From positions 71,178,001 to 71,242,000 of the forward strand of contig CM052817.1 of assembly GCA_028534125.1 (NCBI GenBank): a DNA stretch of 64,000 nt. The letters run 5' to 3'. The notes beneath the pieces were generated by a model. The model was not told the origin of the DNA. It was given only the letters and a program-made list of their open reading frames with translations, and made no database searches. Within the stretch, counting starts at the first letter, position 1. Each line of letters starts with the position of its first letter. The translations under genes and the position numbers were made by a program. Of this stretch, positions 1-13,536 are shown one piece after another. This stretch comes from Lama glama. Lineage: Eukaryota.

Positions 1-105
1 ATGTATGTATGTTCATGTATAACTGAAAAATTGTACTCTACACTGGAACTTGACACAACATTGTAAAATGACTATAACTCAATAAAAAAAAAGTTTAAAA
101 AAAAA
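1..105 (+). mobile_element. L1 3' end with poly(A), cut by the window edge
   Basis: ...ttgacacaacattgtaaaatgactataactcaataaaaaaaaa; the same motif recurs at 7947, 14200, 31712 and 38085. Confidence 0.8.
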
Positions 106-674
106 TCACACCAGCTTGGGAAAAAAAATCTCCCTTATACGGTGGTTGTGATGATTGAGTTAAATTACTGTACTCAGAACATTATCTGGCTTATGAAGAG
201 CTCAATAAATTATTTTATTGCCACCATCTTAGGTTAACTGAAAGCAGACCTTTGCCTTCTTTTGGTTTCCCCTTTCTGAGCAGTTACTTAGTGTATAGTA
301 GGTGCTCAGTAAATATTTATTCATTGAATGAGATTCAGGGTCCCTGTACTCTGACCTTCATCCAGTTTGAATGCGTTATCTGACCACCAGCGCTTTCTGG
401 CCTTTCGCCTAGTTTTCAGGCTCTTCTCTGCTTGAGTCCTGAAAACACTCCCTCTGTAGAAGCGGAACACCATTTATCTAAAAGGAGCTGATGGAATTTT
501 TTTTTCCCCTGAGTATCTTGTTATCTCAGAATACTGTATTGCTTTTATAGCAACAAAATATATAATTTCAAAGTAAGATTTTGTCTACCTTAAGACAAAT
601 GCAAAGCATTAGGATACTTATTTCAGTTATGAATGTTTAGTTTTTGCCTTTTAAAGCAATAGCTGGGGTGATCC

Positions 675-830
675 CAGTAAAAAGGGGAAGTACCTGGGAT
701 TGGGAAACAGGCTGCCAAGGTTCTAATCCTGACTCCACCATTTTATCAGCTGGGAGACATTGGTAAGTAAGGCAATTTAACCTCTCCCAGCTTCAAATTC
801 TTCTCTGTAAAACGGGGACCAAATTTACTC
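675..830 (+). mobile_element. MIR
   Basis: ggttctaatcctgactccacca...tttaacctctcccagcttcaaattcttctctgtaaaacgggga matches the MIR core. Confidence 0.65.
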
Positions 831-896
831 AATCGTTTTTGAGACAGTAACTGCCAACAGGAAGTTTTCAGCACATTATTTTTAGCTGAAGATTAC

Positions 897-1092
897 CTAG
901 ACCAGTTCTCAAAGTGTGGTCTCTGAAGCAGCAGATTGAACGTCATCTGGGAACACACTAGAAATACAAACTCTTGAGACCTGCAGAGTCAGACCTACTG
1001 AGTGAGAAACTGGGGGTGGTGTCCAGCAGCATATTTTAACAAGCCCTCCAGTGACTGTGCTGCATGCTTTTGTCTGAGACACAGACTACTTA
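897..1092. mobile_element. MER5A-like hAT-Charlie element
   Basis: cagttctcaaagtgtggtc...agacctactgagtgagaaact...ttttaacaagccctccagtga. Confidence 0.75.
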
Positions 1093-2429
1093 GACTCCTA
1101 CCAAGCAATCTCTTCCTTTTCAAAGAAAACAAAACAACCCAAAGCAAATCCATATTATTAAAATAATTAAGATATACTAAAGACCAAAAGTTAACTGACA
1201 GGATGGCTTGATTCTTGCCATTATGAATAGTCACTTTTATGGAATTTACTGAAACTGAAGATCTTAGCAACTGTTACCTATCCAAGGAATGAAATTTATG
1301 GAATAAAATTCAGAGATAACTCTTTTAACACTTAAACTTTAGCCTTTTTTTCAGTGTTTATCCCACCAAACCTTGTTTTTTTCTGTATGAATCACAGAAA
1401 TACCAAATTTCTATAATTCTAATTCCTACACTTAAGAAAACCTGACAGCCAACAAAGAAATGTTTGTAGAGTTGTCAGCAAGACTTCAAAGGATGCTCTG
1501 GAAACCTAACAAGTCCAAGACAAGAAAGCGTGCCATCACTGTGGCCTGTATGCAAAGCTGATGCTGCTGACCCGGTTTTAGTTATTTTCATTGGTAACTA
1601 TTTTTCATATACTGGTTGTACCAATTCAGTGAGGAAAAACAGCAAACTAAAGGGGCTATTCCAATTATTATAGCCGGGAGTTATATAAGACTTGAATGAA
1701 AAGATTGCAGGCAATACCTGTTAGTTTTGAACAGTACAATGTAGTACATGTGGCAGGATCTTACCAAGTAGGTTTCATTCTACTCCCCAAAGTTACTGAA
1801 GTCAGTCTCCTAAAGAGTTTTTTTTATAGAGACTCCCTTGTTTTCATTTTGTTAGATGTCATTCTAGTTTTGCACCAGGATAAAATAATGACCATTTTGA
1901 CCTTCTGATAATCTTGTTTTTCTATAAATACTGACAGAAATCCAACCTTTTCATTTTAGGGAGAGGTAGTTATAAGCTAACAAAACAACTTTTTAATTAG
2001 TTTTGCCAGTCTAGATTAGTCTAGGAGGTCACTGAAGGAAACCCTGCTCAAGATGTGTTTAATTTGCTTTTGCTCTCATATTTCAATTCTGTCTTCATTA
2101 CAGCTTTTTTGTGCCTCACTTTCTCCACCTACGAAATGAATACAGCCATACCTGTCCCTGGAAGAAGTGTGTCAAAAGACTTTAAAGAGACAAGCACCAT
2201 TTGAAGGCAATATAGTTTTATTATTTTTAAATATCAATACATGTCTTGCAAAGAGCTGCTAAAAGCTAGTTATGTTTTGTTTTTGCTTTTTATTAATGTA
2301 TTCTGTGGATAGGGAAAACACCATCCTTAAATGTATAGTATATACATTATAGTAAACACACCCTTACATGAAAAGTATATGCCTTGTTATATATAATTCA
2401 AGTAAAGACAGTATGAACTCATTCAGCTT

Positions 2430-3530
2430 TATATATACACAAACAGAAAAATTACAGATATGTACATGTGTTAATAGATAGATATTTCCTAGCTTTGTTT
2501 GCTGGGAGGGTCGAGAAGCAGTGACATCAAAGTAGCAACAGGCAGATGCAATGTCCAGATCTTAGCTCCCAAGTTCCATTACAAACCATTCTACAACAAA
2601 AGGAACCTTTGGGAAGAGGCTGATTCTAGAGCTGCTGCTGGGAAAATACAAGGTGAGCCTGAAGCAACTTTCCTGCTTTCTTCTCAGAAAGTATAGAGGT
2701 GCTCAAATGTCAAAAGGATGGTGTGGGTCAAAGAGACAAAGGAACAAAACCTGACGTAACTCCCAACAGCCAAGCTGAAATGTGTAAATGTTACCCACAG
2801 TATAAAATATACATTGGTCCATACTGATATAAATAATTGAATAAAAACTGGGGGAGACAAGAATTTCAAGTACTACATTTACACATACTCCCCCTTCCAG
2901 GAGGTGCAACATAATCTTGCCCACCCCTCACCTCCCAGAGACAGGACTTGGTGACTAGCTTCCAAGGAACAGGAGCACAGAAAGGGAAAAATGGTAACTT
3001 CACAGTGGAGAAAACTAAGACACTACCTGACCCAAGTGCCCAGAGTTAACACAACATCAAGTTGACAGCATTCAACTACTGATATGATTTGATGAGAAGA
3101 ACTCTTTACTTATGTGAACTCTTCCTAAAAATCCACAACTCTAGTCCAAACATGAGGAAAACATCAGACTAACCCAAAGTGAGGGTCATTCTAGGAAAAC
3201 ACCTGACCAGTACTCCTCAGACCTGTCAAGGTTATGAAAAACAAGTGAAGACGGAGGAATTTTCACAGACCAGAGGCCTACAATAACTACAGTGTGGAAT
3301 CCTGGAGTGGATCCTGGAAAAGAAAAATGCCATTAGTGGGAAAAGTAGTGCAATCCAAATAAAGTCCGGAGTTCCGTTAATAGTAATTACTAATGTTGGT
3401 GCCTTAACAAATGTTTCATGGCCATGTAAAATGCTAACATTAGGGGTAAGGAGTATACGAGAAGCCTCTATACTATTTTTGCAACTTTTCTATAAATCTA
3501 AAATTATTCCTAGATAAGTTTTTTAAAATC
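2430..3530 (+). mobile_element. Old L1 (L1MC-type) 3' region
   Basis: acctgaccagtactcctca, tggatcctggaa, actatttttgcaacttttctataaatctaaaattattcc are typical L1MC 3' UTR motifs; edges approximate. Confidence 0.7.
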
Positions 3531-4240
3531 GGAACATTAAAAAAAAACAGCTTTTACTGATATTTGTACATAATGTATGACCATCAATTAGATATTTTAC
3601 AAAGACATTCTGACTTTGTCTTCTTGAGAAAGCCAATGCTGCCAAGAAAATCCATGAATCTATTATAAGTTTAAAGTTACCTGATCAAGTATTTCAGCTG
3701 GAGCCCAGTTTGCTCACTTAGCTATGAGGGATATGTTGCTTTGTCTAACAGAGGACACATCTATTACCAGGACAGCAGCCACCATCTCCATTTACGAAGC
3801 TATCGGGTTCTCAGCAATGACACAGTTTCAAAGTGGCCCTTTTCCCAGGAAATATTTCTCGTTCTCCCAGTTCTGCCCGTAATGATTTAAAAAGAACCAC
3901 TTCTCCTGGTGCTCTCTTTCTCTGACTTTCCAAGCAGTTTTATCTTAGTAACTTTGGCAGCAGGTTACACAAATATGAAGGCTTGGGACCCTGGGGTAGG
4001 GAAAGCCAGTGGCAAGCAAAGAGTGACAGAGGAACACAGCTGAGCTTTCCAAGGGACTGAAAAGCTTTCAACACTCACATTTTCAGAGGCAGTTGGAAGT
4101 TCCAGAATTTGTCCTTAAACATCTGTTAATAATTTTCAATGTGAATGAGAGCTCTATAAAAGAGTTTTGTATCTTGCTTTTCCATCTCTTTTCACTCCAC
4201 AGTTAAAGACTTTAAAAACCCAACAATATCAAGAACAATT

Positions 4241-4246
4241 TTTATT
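4241..4246 (-). terminator. Candidate PLA2G12A polyadenylation signal (AATAAA)
   Basis: tttatt on + (AATAAA on -) about 870 nt after the stop, followed by T/GT-rich sequence; other candidates at 4640-4645 and 2289-2294. Confidence 0.5.
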
Positions 4247-5117
4247 AAGGCCACTACTAGTAAAAGGTCTACAGTCTTAAAAATATCCCAGAATCTCCTA
4301 TAAAAAGCAAGTACTAGGGAATAAATACCAAAGCATAACAGCATATAATGCCCTGATGTGTGTGTTAAACAACTTTTCATTTGTCTCATTAAACCCATCT
4401 TTTCTCCAATTTAGGCAAAAGTTACGGCAACATATGACATTTGTCGTGAGTGGCTCATAAAATGGGAATGGCTGTGCTTCTGAATTTTGCTCATGTCACT
4501 TTCTAGGCACATTACATTAATACCTAGATATCCCTGTTTTGCTTCCTAAGAGGTCCCAGCAGATAGTTCCAATTTTAAAAGAGAAACAGACATGGAAACC
4601 TTGTCCTTGTAACTACTCCTGTCATTAACAGAAGGGTGATTTATTCACGGGCTATGGAAAAACAGTCTATTACGTGTTAATTAAAACAGAGTAAAAATAA
4701 AGTCAGATCCTTCCAGGAATAAATGTGTATTTTAAATTTTACAGTAAACAAACATAAGTGAAGATTTCCCCGTATTTCCAGATAAGATAATGTTGAACAT
4801 ACCTTATAATAAGTTTTACATTTGACCTTATTTTTTGGTAAATATAGTTGTGAAAACTGAGTTACAGACTCCTTCTTTTAAAAAATTCTCCCCTTAACAT
4901 GTACCCTTTTCTCACATTGGTCAAGACAATTTGGCACACCAAGGCAGCAACATCCAAGAAGATAACCTCCATTTGTTTCTTTAGTTTGAAGCTTTAGTGT
5001 CAAGTCTTAAAATAATCCCTTCACAAAAATAAGGCAGCTTTATGCTGTAAAAACAGTTCTTGTCAAAAGTTATGTTCTTCTGTCCTCATCTGCTGTCACC
5101 ACCTGTCAGCATCTTCT

Positions 5118-5236
5118 TTAAAGATCAGTCTTTTCTTCGTAGCGACACCTACATGCGGCTCGTTGGCTGTCCAGGTACGGCTTACAGCCCAAATGTATAA
5201 CACTGTCAAACAAGAGCTCCACTGTGGTTTCACACG
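5118..5236 (-). CDS. PLA2G12A: PLA2G12A exon 4 CDS (C-terminus and stop)
   Basis: Acceptor ccttgcag|CG; ACETTVELLFDSVIHLGCKPYLDSQRAACRCRYEEKTDL*; TAA at 5118-5120; the four exons total 567 nt. Confidence 0.97.
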
Positions 5237-6681
5237 CTGCAAGGTAAGAGAGTGCCATCACTGCCGGGCAACTGCAGAGCGTCACTCTCTCTCACACACA
5301 CTACATGTTTCAGCAGAGTCTCAAGCACAGCCTTGGTGGGCACTTAAGTCTATCTTAGGTGAAAGTCTTCCCAAACCTTCACAAACTAGTAGCCTATAGA
5401 CACAAAGACTTTCAGCTTCAGCCTCTCTACCTGTACCTACCTTTTGTTTGCATGCAACTGGTCAACCCAACTTTTTGTACTAGGCAAATGAGTCTCAACA
5501 GCATTTATCAGTTCATCATGGTTAATTTTCCTTTTATCTGAAAATTATCACCAATAGAGATGCCTGACAGCACTCTTAAGTTTGCATTTTAAGGAATGAG
5601 TTTTAGGTGCAGAAGAAACAACAGTTAAAAACAGAAAAACCTCAAAATATTCAATTAAGGCCAATTTTTTATTTGTGCTTTTACTTAAACACATCATTTA
5701 AGATGCTTAAAGTAAATGAACCCCGGTCTCTTTCTTTGATCAATATCCAAATTTAGCTTTGGAGGGGAGACAAAGGAATCAAAGGTGTTTTTCTTCTGGT
5801 AGGGTTTTTTTAAATTTTTTGAAAGACTATAAAAAAGATAACAGATTATTTTTCTAACTCTAAGAGACCTGGAATACCCAGGTAAGATTATCTTAATATG
5901 TTATACTTAGAGACATAGTGTAGAGTGGCTTTTAGACATCCAAATACTTACTATAGTTTCTAATATTCATGTTAAAAAAGAAACTTTTCATTACAAAAGC
6001 TTGGCATTTTCAAAGGTTTCCAAAAGACTGTGCCATTAAGGAATACAGTCAACCACAGAAGTGCAGAGGTTATGATTATTAAACAGGAGACTGAAGGAAA
6101 CTGGTTTCACCATTTGGCAACACTAGTATGTCCTTAGAGAGGAAATCCACCTATCTATGCTTCAGCCAAGCATTCAAAGGGATTCAGAGGCTGTGAGTTC
6201 AAGCCTCATCTGGAGCAGAGATTTCTTTCTTGTTATTACTTCCTAGTTATTACTAGGACTTCAGAATAAAACCTATGAGACTATTTGAGGAAGTAGATAG
6301 AATACAAGTTTTAGAGTCAAAACAGTGTAATTTGGGACAAGTTACTTCTTTCCGAACATCAGTTTCCTTCCTTGAAAAATGGGTATAACGCCAACTACTA
6401 CTATTAGGGTATTTTGTGAAGATCCATGAAAACAAGTCTCAAGTATCTAGCACAGTACCCTATTGGAAGTGCTTAAAAATGGTAGTTTCCTTTCCTACCC
6501 CTTTCTCATTGCCCTTCCTCTTCCAATTTCAGTTCATTTTTTGGTTTGTCAGTAAAGAAATCTTGTTAACAACTAGTATTTGTACAGCAGTTCATATTTC
6601 GACATATATTTCACTTTACCCTTATGACAGCTCTATGAGACGGGTATTATGTTCTCATTTTGTAAATGGGGACACTGAGAC

Positions 6682-6822
6682 ATGTTTTCCCTTTGCTGAC
6701 CTGGCTCTGTACCCCTTCACTGCCACAAGTATCACGGTGAGTATGACTACATGCTGAGTCCTGCGAGTCCTCGTAGCCAATCACTGAGCCTGGGGGTAGT
6801 TCTGGGGGACCTTCCTGACACT
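6682..6822 (+). mobile_element. MER21-like LTR 3' fragment
   Basis: gctgagtcctgcgagtcctcgtagccaatcactgagcctgggggtagttctgggggacc. Confidence 0.6.
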
Positions 6823-7193
6823 GATACATATGAAGACACAGAGTTAAGACTCAGATCTTCTAGAACTTCCTCCTCCAGATCCAATGTGCTACACTCCACA
6901 ACTCACTGGATCCAGAGTCTCACACTTTAGGCAGGGCATAGATCTTAGATGAATTCTTCTCTGCCTCACACACCCTCCCCCAAGGTTTCCTAACACTTAC
7001 TTCCATAACTGTAAATCATTTTATAGGACAAAATCACCGACTCCTCATCTCAGAAAAGTGAAGGGGCTGTGTCACAAGAGATAAGGTAATACACAGAGAA
7101 AGATTTCTGTTGGTAAATCCTGCACTAGCACAGAAAGCATCCACTGAAATTTTACAAATCACACTCATCCCCATCCCACCGAATCAGCCTTAC

Positions 7194-7359
7194 CCTGAAC
7201 ATGCTGAGCTAGTCCTAGTGTTTTCTGCACATCTCGGCAGATCTTGGAGAGGCAAAACTGGAACTCCTCATCACAGTCGTTTTTGCTTTTGCCGCAGGTC
7301 TCATAGCACCTGTCGTGTTGGTTGCAGCACTTTGTCAGGGAAGGGATGCCGATGTTCAG
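7194..7359 (-). CDS. PLA2G12A: PLA2G12A exon 3 (catalytic His-Asp dyad)
   Basis: Acceptor ctctttcag|CTG, donor G|GTAAG; 166 nt; LNIGIPSLTKCCNQHDRCYETCGKSKNDCDEEFQFCLSKICRDVQKTLGLAQHVQ with the sPLA2 CCxxHDxCY motif. Confidence 0.97.
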
Positions 7360-7946
7360 CTGAAAGAGGCATTTGCATGGATGATTGTTGATGAAATTCA
7401 AACCTCCTCTGAAGTAGTGAATTCAAAGAGACTTAGAAATCAAAGACAATGATTGTTGTACAGATAATTTTCAAAGTTAGTTTCTGCCTACAAATGTTTT
7501 CCAGGTTAAACATCTCTCCATTACTCTCACCTGCACCCACCCATGTCACTCCATCGTCTCCCTCTTAGCCATGCCTCAAAGCTCCCTATTTTGCAGTGTT
7601 AAAATATTCAGTCATTAGCTGGTAAAGAAACACAGCTTCCAAGTGTCTAAAACATAGTTTTAAAAACAGAAAGATAAAGCTAAGAGCTTTGAAAGATTTC
7701 TCCAGGGACTAGGCAATTACGATTTTGGGATATTCCTAAGTATTTTATGCCTCCTCCCCCCATAAAATGTACTATATATGAAATGTCACTGACAACTTTT
7801 ACACTTCCACAACTCAATTTTTTTTTTGGTTTAATCTTTACAAGTTCATCCATTCCATAAAGATACTATTCCTTCGAATCTATAACTTATCTTTAATTGT
7901 TTTAAGTAACTTTATATGCAAAACCCTTGTGTCTAGGAATCACTTT

Positions 7947-7991
7947 TTTTTAACATTTTTTATTGATTTATAATCATTTTACAACGTTGTG
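7947..7991 (-). mobile_element. Extremely 5'-truncated L1 stub with TSD
   Basis: Reverse complement of the L1 tail seen at 31770-31820; flanked by a perfect 13-bp repeat taggaatcacttt (7934-7946 / 7992-8004). Confidence 0.85.
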
Positions 7992-8416
7992 TAGGAATCA
8001 CTTTCATAAAATATTTTTCCCCCAAACTACTGGCTCAGATTCAGCCTCCCCCACAACAAACACACAGCTATCCAATTGAACCCAGTTTTAATACAGAAAA
8101 TATTACACTTTATCTATACATTTTCATCCTAAGTAGTATTAACTTCTATACCCCAAACTTTTCAATCATGTTTGTGACGTGAGGAAATGTCATTTAAGTG
8201 GTATTAACAACTACAATATTAAAAAAAATGACTTTTACTCCATTTAGTTTCATTAGAACTCATTAAATGTGTTTTAGCTATGAAAGAATATAATAAACCT
8301 GATCACTATTACAACAAGCAGAATTATTTGTGAGCCTGAGAACACACCGATGTCTTGCATTATCAAGAGTATTATGTACCAATCATAAAACTTATCAAAT
8401 AGAAAATAATATTTAC

Positions 8417-8493
8417 ATGAACACCAAATAGTGGGGAGCCACATCCATTTGGCGGGGAAGGTTTATATCCGTAACGTGGGAAAGGCTTAGATC
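8417..8493 (-). CDS. PLA2G12A: PLA2G12A exon 2 (Ca2+-binding loop region)
   Basis: Acceptor ttttatag|GA, donor CAT|GTAAAT; 77 nt; GSKPFPRYGYKPSPPNGCGSPLFGVH; not in the ORF track, read by hand. Confidence 0.96.
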
Positions 8494-10009
8494 CTATAAA
8501 AATATAAATGGTATAATTAGTTTTCAAATATGATAGAAAATACATGCACAAAAAGGTCTACAATGTGCTAGACTAGCCTTGAAAATATTTATTATTTCTA
8601 TGCTGACAAAAGTGAATATATGTTTATTAGAATAAGCATTAAGAATGCTAATTTGTCTACTAAATTATTTTTACTTCTTCTATAATAAAATATACAAATG
8701 TATATACGTATATGGCAGTTCTAAAATGCTATGGTGGTTCATAAAATGGCATTATATCCTTAAGCCTACACCATACAAACATATAAAAGCTTACTCTGGA
8801 CTTCTGTTGATTTCAGAGTTTACATGCCAAACTGGGTCCACAGTATGAAAGATAAATCCACCCTATTTTCCTGTACATTCTAACACTTATATTTTTAGAT
8901 TAAAATCTATAGGGCAAGAACTGTATCTTCCTAACCTCACAATGTTCCACTGCACACAAACCTCAATAACCATTAACTATAGCCTAAAGCTAAGGAAAAC
9001 AAAGTCATCTGATCATTTAATTACCTTAATACCATTGTAAGACATTACAGGACCACACATTCTACCCAGATCCAACCAACCACTGCACAAACATACTCCT
9101 CTGCCAGCCAAGGGAAAAGGCAAGGAATAAAGATAGCTTGGTAAACTTTATTACTCCAGTTATACTCTCCTTAACAGCACCAATGGTTCAAAAACAAGGA
9201 GAAAGATGACATTATTAAAGCAATCTTAAATGCTGGAAGATATCTCAGAAATCTCTCTCCTCATGTAATATAGAAATCACTTCAATATACCGAACAGTCT
9301 GAATTTCCCCACAATCCTCCTACAGTGTTAAGAAATAGCCTGTTCCATTATGGAATGGCACTAACGGTTTAAGTTCTTCTCTTTTTCTTGTAAATTCTAC
9401 CTGTAAGTAATCCTCTACCCCCTGGGGAATACAGAACAAGCCAATTTCTTATTTTACATGTTGATCCTTTCAAACGTCTGGGTCTACCATCTATCTTTAC
9501 TTCTACCAACAGAATATCCCCAATTATTCGAAATATCACCCGGAGTCGGATCCTTAGGAGAGACACAAAGTATTCCACCAGCTTTCATTCAATTAACATT
9601 ACTAGGAAACATAAAGGTAAGTTTACCCTCCAACCTTTAAATGAGGAGAAAAAAAGCAACCCTTCCAGTAATCAGCCATCAAAATAAGTAACCCACTCAA
9701 AGTAATGACCTAAAAATGATTTAAGTTGCTAAGACTCACATGCTCAACTGAGGTGACCCAGTAGAGCCTCAAGAGAGCATAACCCCGTGGAGACACAAAG
9801 CTATAACCTGCTCCACCCAGTCTGAAGATCGGTTATGACGGATCTAGAAAAGAGGTGCCAATGACAAGTTTCTCTAGCACTGCCTAAAAGGAGGGTTGTT
9901 TCTGGGCCGCTGGAAGATGAAGATCACAGATAAGTCACTGTGATCCTTCAACTCCTGCTTTCAGTCCTTCACTCTTAGGAAAACTCTTCATGAGTTGGCT
10001 TTCCACTTC

Positions 10010-10855
10010 AAAGGGCTACAGAGAGAGGATAGTCCAACCACTTTGGTATCTAACGGGCATCTCAAACTGAAGATGTCCCTCCTGCCGTTCACCCCCAAAG
10101 CTGCTCCAGCCACAGTTCCCTCTTCTTAGGCAACAGCAACTCCATCCTTCCAGGTGCTCAGGGAAAAAAACCTCAGCCATCTTTAGCTCTCCCATTCCCT
10201 TATACCCCACATCCAACTCAACAGCATGTCCCGCTGACTCTACCTTCAAAATATTCAGACTCTAACCACTTCTCGCCACCTCCAGTTACAGTCCAATCTC
10301 AACACTGAACTTGAGGGAGCCTATCAAAATACATGTTGGATCAAATCTTTCCTCTGCAAAAACCCCTCCAATAGCTTCTCATTTTATTCAGAATAAAAAT
10401 CAAAGTCCGTTAAGTGCCTATAAGCCCTATATAATCTGCCCCCAGCCCCAGGACTTCTCTGACCTCATCTTACTACTCTGTCTCCTCTTCTTCCTTCCTC
10501 ACTCCATTCCATCACATCTCACCTCTCTGCCATTCCACAGACATTCCAGGTCTGCTCTTGCCTCAGTGCCACAGAACCTGCTCTTCCTCTAGGTGGACAC
10601 TCTTCATCTTGACATCTACATACTCACTCCTTCATCTTCTAGCAATGTCTTTTCTGACCACATCATTTATAGCACACATGACCTTCTAACATATTACATC
10701 CCAACCTACTTATTTTATTATCTGTCTCTCCATACTAAAATATAAATTCTTTAAGGGCAGTAATTTTTGTCTGTTTTGTACCCCCAATGCATAGGACAGT
10801 GTCTGGCATATGGTTAGGTTTTCAATAAGTATTTGCTGCTGAATGAATGAAAAGA
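10010..10855 (+). mobile_element. L2 3' fragment
   Basis: ggcatctcaaact, caactccatccttccagg, ending in caataagtatttgctgctgaatgaatgaa. Confidence 0.8.
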
Positions 10856-11474
10856 AAATTGAAAGGCTGATCTCCATGGCAGTTATAATACTCATGATAA
10901 ATAAAGTGGTACTGCTGTTTACCCTTCAGTCTCTTCTGAGTTTGGTGAGCATTTATTAGCTTCCAAAGACTGATCACTTCCAGTCTGTCACATCCAGAAC
11001 ATGGCACCCCAAAGTGAACACCATTAGGAACAACGGGCCTGCTTTGGTCTGGGTAAAGTACTGGCACTAATACAGCCCAAGATAGTCAGTATATGTTTCA
11101 GCTATGTCTCAGCGCTAAGATACATGAGACAGTAGGAAAAAACCATCAGTCCTTTCTAAAATGAACTTTTTAACATCTACTCAGCAGTTCTGCCATTTAG
11201 TTTTTAAGCCTAAATACTAGATTATAAAATTCTATCTCATTAGTTTTAGTTCATCTGTCAGGATTGTTCAACAAATTTTAAACCTAGAGGTATTCACCCA
11301 GTGTTACTAGTTACGCCCAGATATTCACAAACTTGAGACATTGATACTAACCAGGACAGAGGTCGGCAACACCCTGCTAAGGATGTCCTCTCTACAAGCA
11401 GCCATAACATCATTAGTACAAATCTTTGGGTAGACCACTTAGCCAGCTGTGACTTCATCTACATCAAGTTTTAT

Positions 11475-11615
11475 TTATTGTTTTTTTTGGGGGGGTGGGA
11501 GTGAAGGGGAAGGTAATTAGGTTTATTTATTTATTTTAATGGCAGTGCTGGGGATTGAACCCAGGACCTTGTGCACGCTAAGCACGTGCTCTACCATCAA
11601 GCTATACTCTCTCCC
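11475..11615 (-). mobile_element. tRNA-derived SINE (camelid Vic-1-like) with TSD
   Basis: ggggattgaacccaggaccttgtgcacgctaagc...; TSD catcta(c/g)atcaagttttat at 11456-11474 / 11616-11634. Confidence 0.85.
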
Positions 11616-11648
11616 CATCTAGATCAAGTTTTATCCAGCTTACACTTC

Positions 11649-12022
11649 TGATGGGAGTATCAAAATGTTAGGTAGTTTAGATAGAAGTGAGTACTGGGCA
11701 GGGGGAGAAGAAGAGGAAAGAACAATCCAGAACACAAGGAACCTGAGCTGTCAATCAACTAGAACGCAGGGAACTTGAGTTGCCAACCGATCAATCGATC
11801 ACGAAACCAGGATATAAAAACAGGAGGAAGGAGGAAGCAGCGCCATTTTTCCTCTCTTGGATTGGCTCACTCCCAACTCTCAGGAGCGTACAATCTTTCA
11901 CTACTTTTTTTACTTCACTAATAAAAATCTTGTTTATAGCATGTTTTTTGTCTCTCGTCAAAAATCTTTTTTTCAGGTGACTAAGAACTGCGGCAATTCT
12001 TATTTTCCTTTTCCCAGTAGCA
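11649..12022 (+). mobile_element. Probable solo ERV LTR
   Basis: TG...CA ends, TATA-like gatataaaaa (~11811), AATAAA (~11920), U5-like tail; no clear TSD. Confidence 0.5.
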
Positions 12023-13536
12023 AAGAGAAACCGGGCATTTGATCTACAGTTTTCTTTGCCCTACCACACTAGAAACCTCTTCACTGAAAGGCAGGGAGGC
12101 TGGATCAACATTATATCCTCAGGGAAGCCATTCAAGTTCCTTGAAGCTTCATCACAAAGCTCTCTCTTGTCAAGAGTTTTAACAACCAACTGCCTAATAC
12201 GTTCAGAAACTCATCTAGCATGAGATGTTAAGAAGGTCAAATTTATAATCTGAAAAAAGTACAATAAATATGTCAAAGAGTGTTCAAAAGGTCTGGACAC
12301 AGGAAAAGTAGTGTATTTACTGTACATTTTTTTTAGGTTAACAATCAGACTTTTTGCTTTAAACTTAGAAGTATATCACCTTAAAAGGTGTCCGGAGGTT
12401 GAAGCAACACATATTTAAAATGTAACTAACAAACTGTTTACCCTGTTTTGAACTTTTTGGATACCCTGTACCTTCCCCCTGCCAGTCTCCATTGCTGCCA
12501 CCCATCCATTTTCCAAGAAGATCAAAGATTATCACTCTCAGACAATTCATACAGGCCTTGAGTTTTAAAGGTATGTGGATTTCTAATCTCCTCTTCTCAA
12601 GTGTCAGCTTTTTTTTCTTTTTAATAAGACAGTGATTTCTCTCAATGCTGTATTTCATACACAGTAGCACTTCTATTTCCCTTCCCTCTGTACTTTATAC
12701 AAATCCACGGACTTTCTTTGATTTCGAGTCTATAAAAACACTTTTGAACATTTTATTCCTAAAAAGTGATAAAAACACTTTTTAACATTTTGATATGTGT
12801 AATGATAGTGGTGTGTGTGTGCATGTATTAATATCTCTATATATTTTCTCATTTTGTGGAAGATAATTATCTTTGAATGAGAGAATGATATGAAGCAAAT
12901 GAAGACAGGAAATACAAAACATGCCCACTGCAGGAGAATAAGGAGGAACAGAGACAGTACAGAGAAAATCAGCTGGCAAAAGTGCAAATGGAGGCACGAG
13001 GATGGAAGCAGCACTAGTCTCAAACAGGGCCAGTGCTTATAGCTGTCCTAAGACAGAAGCTGATAAAATGAAGTAACAAAAAACCAAGATCAGCTGTACT
13101 TGAAATACTGGGTTAATAACACCATGAAATAAATGCTGGTAAAACTGGCTCCCTAGTGTAAGTGGCAAAAGTGCTATGTGTTTGTTTTCTGTTTCTTTTG
13201 AAGGAACCTACTAATATCAGTTCCCCAGAGGCCTTCCCTGATCACTCCATCTAACATAGTGCCTCTTCCCTTCCATATCCAGTCCATACACCCTTGGCTG
13301 GTTTTATTCTTCTAACATTTATTAACCAAAGTAACATAACTAGTCAGTTTCTATGAAGACAGGAATTTTGTCTTGCTCACTTAGAAGATGCCTGGCACAA
13401 AGCAGGCACCTTCCAGGAAATTACGGGATGAGAAACACTCCTTGCTGAGATTAAAATATTCTTTACGCATGGGGGAGTTGAGCGAGGAACACAGAAAATG
13501 GAGTAGTTTCCTGAAACATTTTAAACTGTTTTAGTT

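Noticed and set aside
1..4100. Possible CASP6 5' end, the expected neighbour by human synteny
   Set aside because: No CpG island or caspase-like exon is visible; the region is repeats and possible extended 3' UTR.
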